From Paramicrosporidium saccamoebae KSL3 (Eukaryota > Fungi > Cryptomycota): a stretch of 18,634 nt of DNA. The translations under genes were made by a program, and so were the position numbers. The DNA lies in NCBI GenBank assembly GCA_002794465.1, contig MTSL01000092.1:1-18634 (forward strand), written 5' to 3'. Within the stretch, counting starts at the first letter, position 1; each line of letters starts with the position of its first letter. The notes under the pieces were generated by a model. That model worked only from the letters and a program-made list of their open reading frames with translations. It was not told the DNA's origin and searched no databases. Of this stretch, positions 15,663 through 18,634 are shown in pieces.

Positions 15663-18509
15663 CTATGCGGCAGGATGTGATTGACGCTGTTTTAGTTTGG
15701 CTTTGGCATCGTTTATCTTGTTAAAGTCCCCGATCCGCTTCTCGAGCTGTTTCAAAAATGACAAATGTGCCATTGGCCGTAAGGCAGGCATTTTGTCAGG
15801 ATGAATGCCCAAGAACATTCTGATAACGAGATCTACAATCGCCGTCTTTGTGTCCGGTGTCCGGCCTCCAAACTGTTTGTCTACCTTTCCGAGCAGCTGG
15901 GCCTCTAGGTTTGTGTCGTATTGGAGGATAATCTTTACGTAATCGCCCTGTTGGTTTCGACCATAACCCTTTGAGTATCTATAGGGCTTTTCCAACAAAT
16001 GGCGATACACACTTGTAAGGAATTGGTTTGGCTCACTAGTATGGTGGCTCTCAGGAAGCGTAGCAAGGTCTGGTTGGGTAGAGGCAAGATATATCCCATA
16101 CACCATGGGCGACACCTTCCCATCAATCCACTGCCGGATAGCCATCTTGTCGCGATGTTCGCCACACAATATTGCCATGTCAAGCAACGAATGCAGATTC
16201 TTGTCAAGTAGAATTTTGTAATTTTCACGGAATAGACCAAGAAGACTCTGTGCCATGTCCATCTGGTTCTTGCGTTCCTTGCCACCTCTGAAATACAAAT
16301 TTCGGTTAGAGTGCCTATTATGTTCCTTCATAATGCGCCCAGAGATTAGCGATTTTTTGACGACAATGTTTAGAGCCTCGGCAAATTTTTCCATGTTCAT
16401 AAATTTATCTCTAATTGATGCCATGTTGCATACGACATTACAATCGCGAAAAGCAAGACGAAAGAAGATGCAATTCAACTCTTGTTTTGGCTGGATGAGA
16501 CTCTGATTCTCATTAAGGACTTCAAGAACATCCACGGCTTCCTTGGGATTGATTTTCGCCAAGGAATAGTACATTTCTGCAAAGTAGTCCAAATCCTTGT
16601 AAAAGCTGACTCCCAGCATTTTATCGGCATAGAATGAGTCGAAACGCTCATCTTGAAATAGCATTGCCGAAAATGACCCAGATATGAACGGAGAATCTAC
16701 GAGCTTGACAATGTCGCTCATGTGGGAGTCTTCTAGCTCGTAATTCCCGAGACGTCGGAGCAAAATGTACAATGCGCCTTCACTAGATGCCGCTACGGCT
16801 TGCTGGATTAGACCCACATACTCCTCACAATCAAAACTATCGACTAGAAGCTTTTTAAATTCGCGATACTCACCCATGTTGATATGTGTGAATGAGGGAA
16901 GCTGGACCAGCTTGATGGTTTGCGCAGTGGCCTCGCCAAATTGCTTCTCTTCCTGAGGCGTCTTGAAGAGTGACGTTACCCTCCTGATTGCACGACTTAT
17001 CCCTGTGATCATTTTGGCAAACTTGTCTGTAATGGAAGAGTACATTTTCCCAAAGAATCCCGAGACCTGGATCCCAGCGTAAGAGTTAAAGATAATGTTT
17101 CTAAAATCAAGCGCATCCAGAAGATTCACAACTGTGGTGAATACCGGAATGACGGCGCCCATCCCAGTGAGCTGAAGGGAGGCCAATGTGAGGATAAACA
17201 TCCAGGTGCTAATTCCGTAAGGATCGTTCTTCAGTTTGGAGGCAATGCTCATTAGCCCACCAACGTTCCCCACAGAAAAGAATGCAATGTGGGAGGTTGT
17301 TGTTGCAGCAAGTACGCTCCCTTGCATCGCGGCGTTAATGGTCGCCGTGGCTTGAGGAAGCGATTTTTGCAGCGAATAGAGCGAAGTGAACAAAGATACT
17401 GCTTTCTCGATATTACGAGTCTTGAGATTTACAGAAGCACCAACGGCTGTTTGGATCGCTGGCTGGTCAGAGACAACCGGAGCCAGTGACTGCGTGTTGG
17501 GCGTAGACGCTGCACTGCTTATAGGATACAGCGTCTGTACAGCCAAAGAGCTCCCATGCACCTGCGTTCCTTGGGTTTCCTGCTCAGGAGTATCCAGTTG
17601 TTCATAATCCTCCTCCTGCCGTCTGTCCAGCTCCACGTTCCTACTCATTTGCTCTCCTGCATCCCTTTGGTCTGCCAGGAGTTGTGCACGGTATTCTCTT
17701 TCTTTTTGCTGCTCAACTAAAAGACGCTGTGCTTCCAGCGCGTGCCGTCGTCTTTGCAATCCAGCTGCTTCTTGCTGAGTAAGACCCTGTGACTGGGCAT
17801 AGTTTGGCGTTTCAGTATTTCTCTGTATTGGATCTGTTTGCTGATACCGTCTCTGCGTTTGGGTTGTTTGTTGGTACTGTCTCTGCATTTGAGCTGCTTG
17901 TTGCTGAGCAAGACGTTGTGCCTCGGCAGATCTTTGTTCTTCAGCACGCCTCTGCATCTCTATTGCATGCATTTGAGTTGCTTGGTGCTGAGCAAGACGC
18001 TGTGCTTCGGCATATTTCTGTGCTTCAGCATTCCTTTGAGCTTGAGCTGCTTGTTGAAACTGTCTCTGCGTTTCCATCGCACGCATTTGAGCCGCTTGTT
18101 GATCAGCAAAATGCTTCTCTTCAGAACGTCTCTGCATTTCCATTGCACGCATTTGGGCCTCGGGGTTCAAAGTCATTGGTGGTGAATTTCCACGTTTTGC
18201 CTGAAGTAGTGCCTGTGCCTCCTGTGCTTGCGCCTTCTGGGCCTCTTTTTGGCGTTCTATCATCTGCTTGTGTGACATTGTCGGTGCAGAATACCTTGTG
18301 CCAGATACTTGAGACTGTTGGACTGTACCTGGTCTTGGCTGGATAATCATCGGCTGTTGTACCATCTGCGGGACAGAGGTAGAACTAGTGGGATGTGATA
18401 CCGTATGCCTCCATGTGTCAATAATCCTGGTCCTTCCGCCAGTTCCGGGTACATTGGCTGTAGAGATAGCCTCGAGTAGACAAATTACAACTAACGCTAC
18501 CGCTTTCAT
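15663..18509 (-). CDS. Predicted secreted protein, 948 aa: Q/A-rich repeats, hydrophobic helical segment, helical C-terminal domain
   Basis: 2.8-kb intact ORF starting MKAVALVVICLLEAISTA|NV. No family recognised. Confidence 0.88.
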   Translation of the reverse strand: MKAVALVVICLLEAISTANVPGTGGRTRIIDTWRHTVSHPTSSTSVPQMVQQPMIIQPRPGTVQQSQVSGTRYSAPTMSHKQMIERQKEAQKAQAQEAQALLQAKRGNSPPMTLNPEAQMRAMEMQRRSEEKHFADQQAAQMRAMETQRQFQQAAQAQRNAEAQKYAEAQRLAQHQATQMHAIEMQRRAEEQRSAEAQRLAQQQAAQMQRQYQQTTQTQRRYQQTDPIQRNTETPNYAQSQGLTQQEAAGLQRRRHALEAQRLLVEQQKEREYRAQLLADQRDAGEQMSRNVELDRRQEEDYEQLDTPEQETQGTQVHGSSLAVQTLYPISSAASTPNTQSLAPVVSDQPAIQTAVGASVNLKTRNIEKAVSLFTSLYSLQKSLPQATATINAAMQGSVLAATTTSHIAFFSVGNVGGLMSIASKLKNDPYGISTWMFILTLASLQLTGMGAVIPVFTTVVNLLDALDFRNIIFNSYAGIQVSGFFGKMYSSITDKFAKMITGISRAIRRVTSLFKTPQEEKQFGEATAQTIKLVQLPSFTHINMGEYREFKKLLVDSFDCEEYVGLIQQAVAASSEGALYILLRRLGNYELEDSHMSDIVKLVDSPFISGSFSAMLFQDERFDSFYADKMLGVSFYKDLDYFAEMYYSLAKINPKEAVDVLEVLNENQSLIQPKQELNCIFFRLAFRDCNVVCNMASIRDKFMNMEKFAEALNIVVKKSLISGRIMKEHNRHSNRNLYFRGGKERKNQMDMAQSLLGLFRENYKILLDKNLHSLLDMAILCGEHRDKMAIRQWIDGKVSPMVYGIYLASTQPDLATLPESHHTSEPNQFLTSVYRHLLEKPYRYSKGYGRNQQGDYVKIILQYDTNLEAQLLGKVDKQFGGRTPDTKTAIVDLVIRMFLGIHPDKMPALRPMAHLSFLKQLEKRIGDFNKINDAKAKLKQRQSHPAA
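17830..18165 (-). repeat. Coding Q/A-rich imperfect repeats (AQMRAMEMQR and AEAQRLAQQQAAQM types)
   Basis: AQMRAMEMQRR, AAQMRAMETQRQ, ATQMHAIEMQRR and AEAQRLAQ (twice). The repeats are also visible in the DNA (gctgagcaagacg twice; tctgcatttc/tctgcgtttc). Confidence 0.85.
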
Positions 18510-18634
18510 CCCCTAGACTGCCCCGTCAATCTCAAAGAGGACGATTTAATACCGAGGCCAAATCTAATTGGTGGAATTAAATAAACAAGTGGTCATATTG
18601 ACAAGCATATCTGATTGGTAGAATAAAGCCCAGC

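Noticed and set aside
17789-18346. 185-aa plus-strand ORF and neighbouring short ORFs
   Set aside because: They are antisense shadows of the Q/A repeats of the 948-aa gene.

Overview
Gene-dense eukaryotic window with short intergenic gaps and rare short GT-AG introns. This suggests a compact fungal-like genome, possibly a Rozellomycota or early-microsporidian parasite (inference only; the organism cannot be identified from the sequence). The left end is housekeeping: the 3' end of midasin (MDN1/REA1), tRNA-Ala(AGC), and an Hmo1-like HMG-box gene with a 33-nt intron the ORF track misses. The remaining ~15 kb is an island of genes I cannot assign to known families. It holds five predicted secreted proteins (557, 1352, 225, 610 and 948 aa) and two membrane-protein genes. 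Two of the secreted proteins share an unrecognised ~250-310 aa helical domain, one carries an alternating 26/20-aa Cys/Lys repeat array and an Arg/Lys/Cys-rich tail, and several end in polybasic tracts. Their upstream regions are rich in CCAAT boxes. Non-coding structure not explained by the genes includes a two-block element present twice (1477-1627, 4984-5156), a 126-bp ungapped degenerate palindrome (12089-12214), twin abutting hairpins over a candidate 5' splice site (12877-12912), and a 10-bp-periodic TACTAAC array right after the 1352-aa gene's stop. No CRISPR array, rRNA or transposase was seen. All alignments and counts were done by eye.
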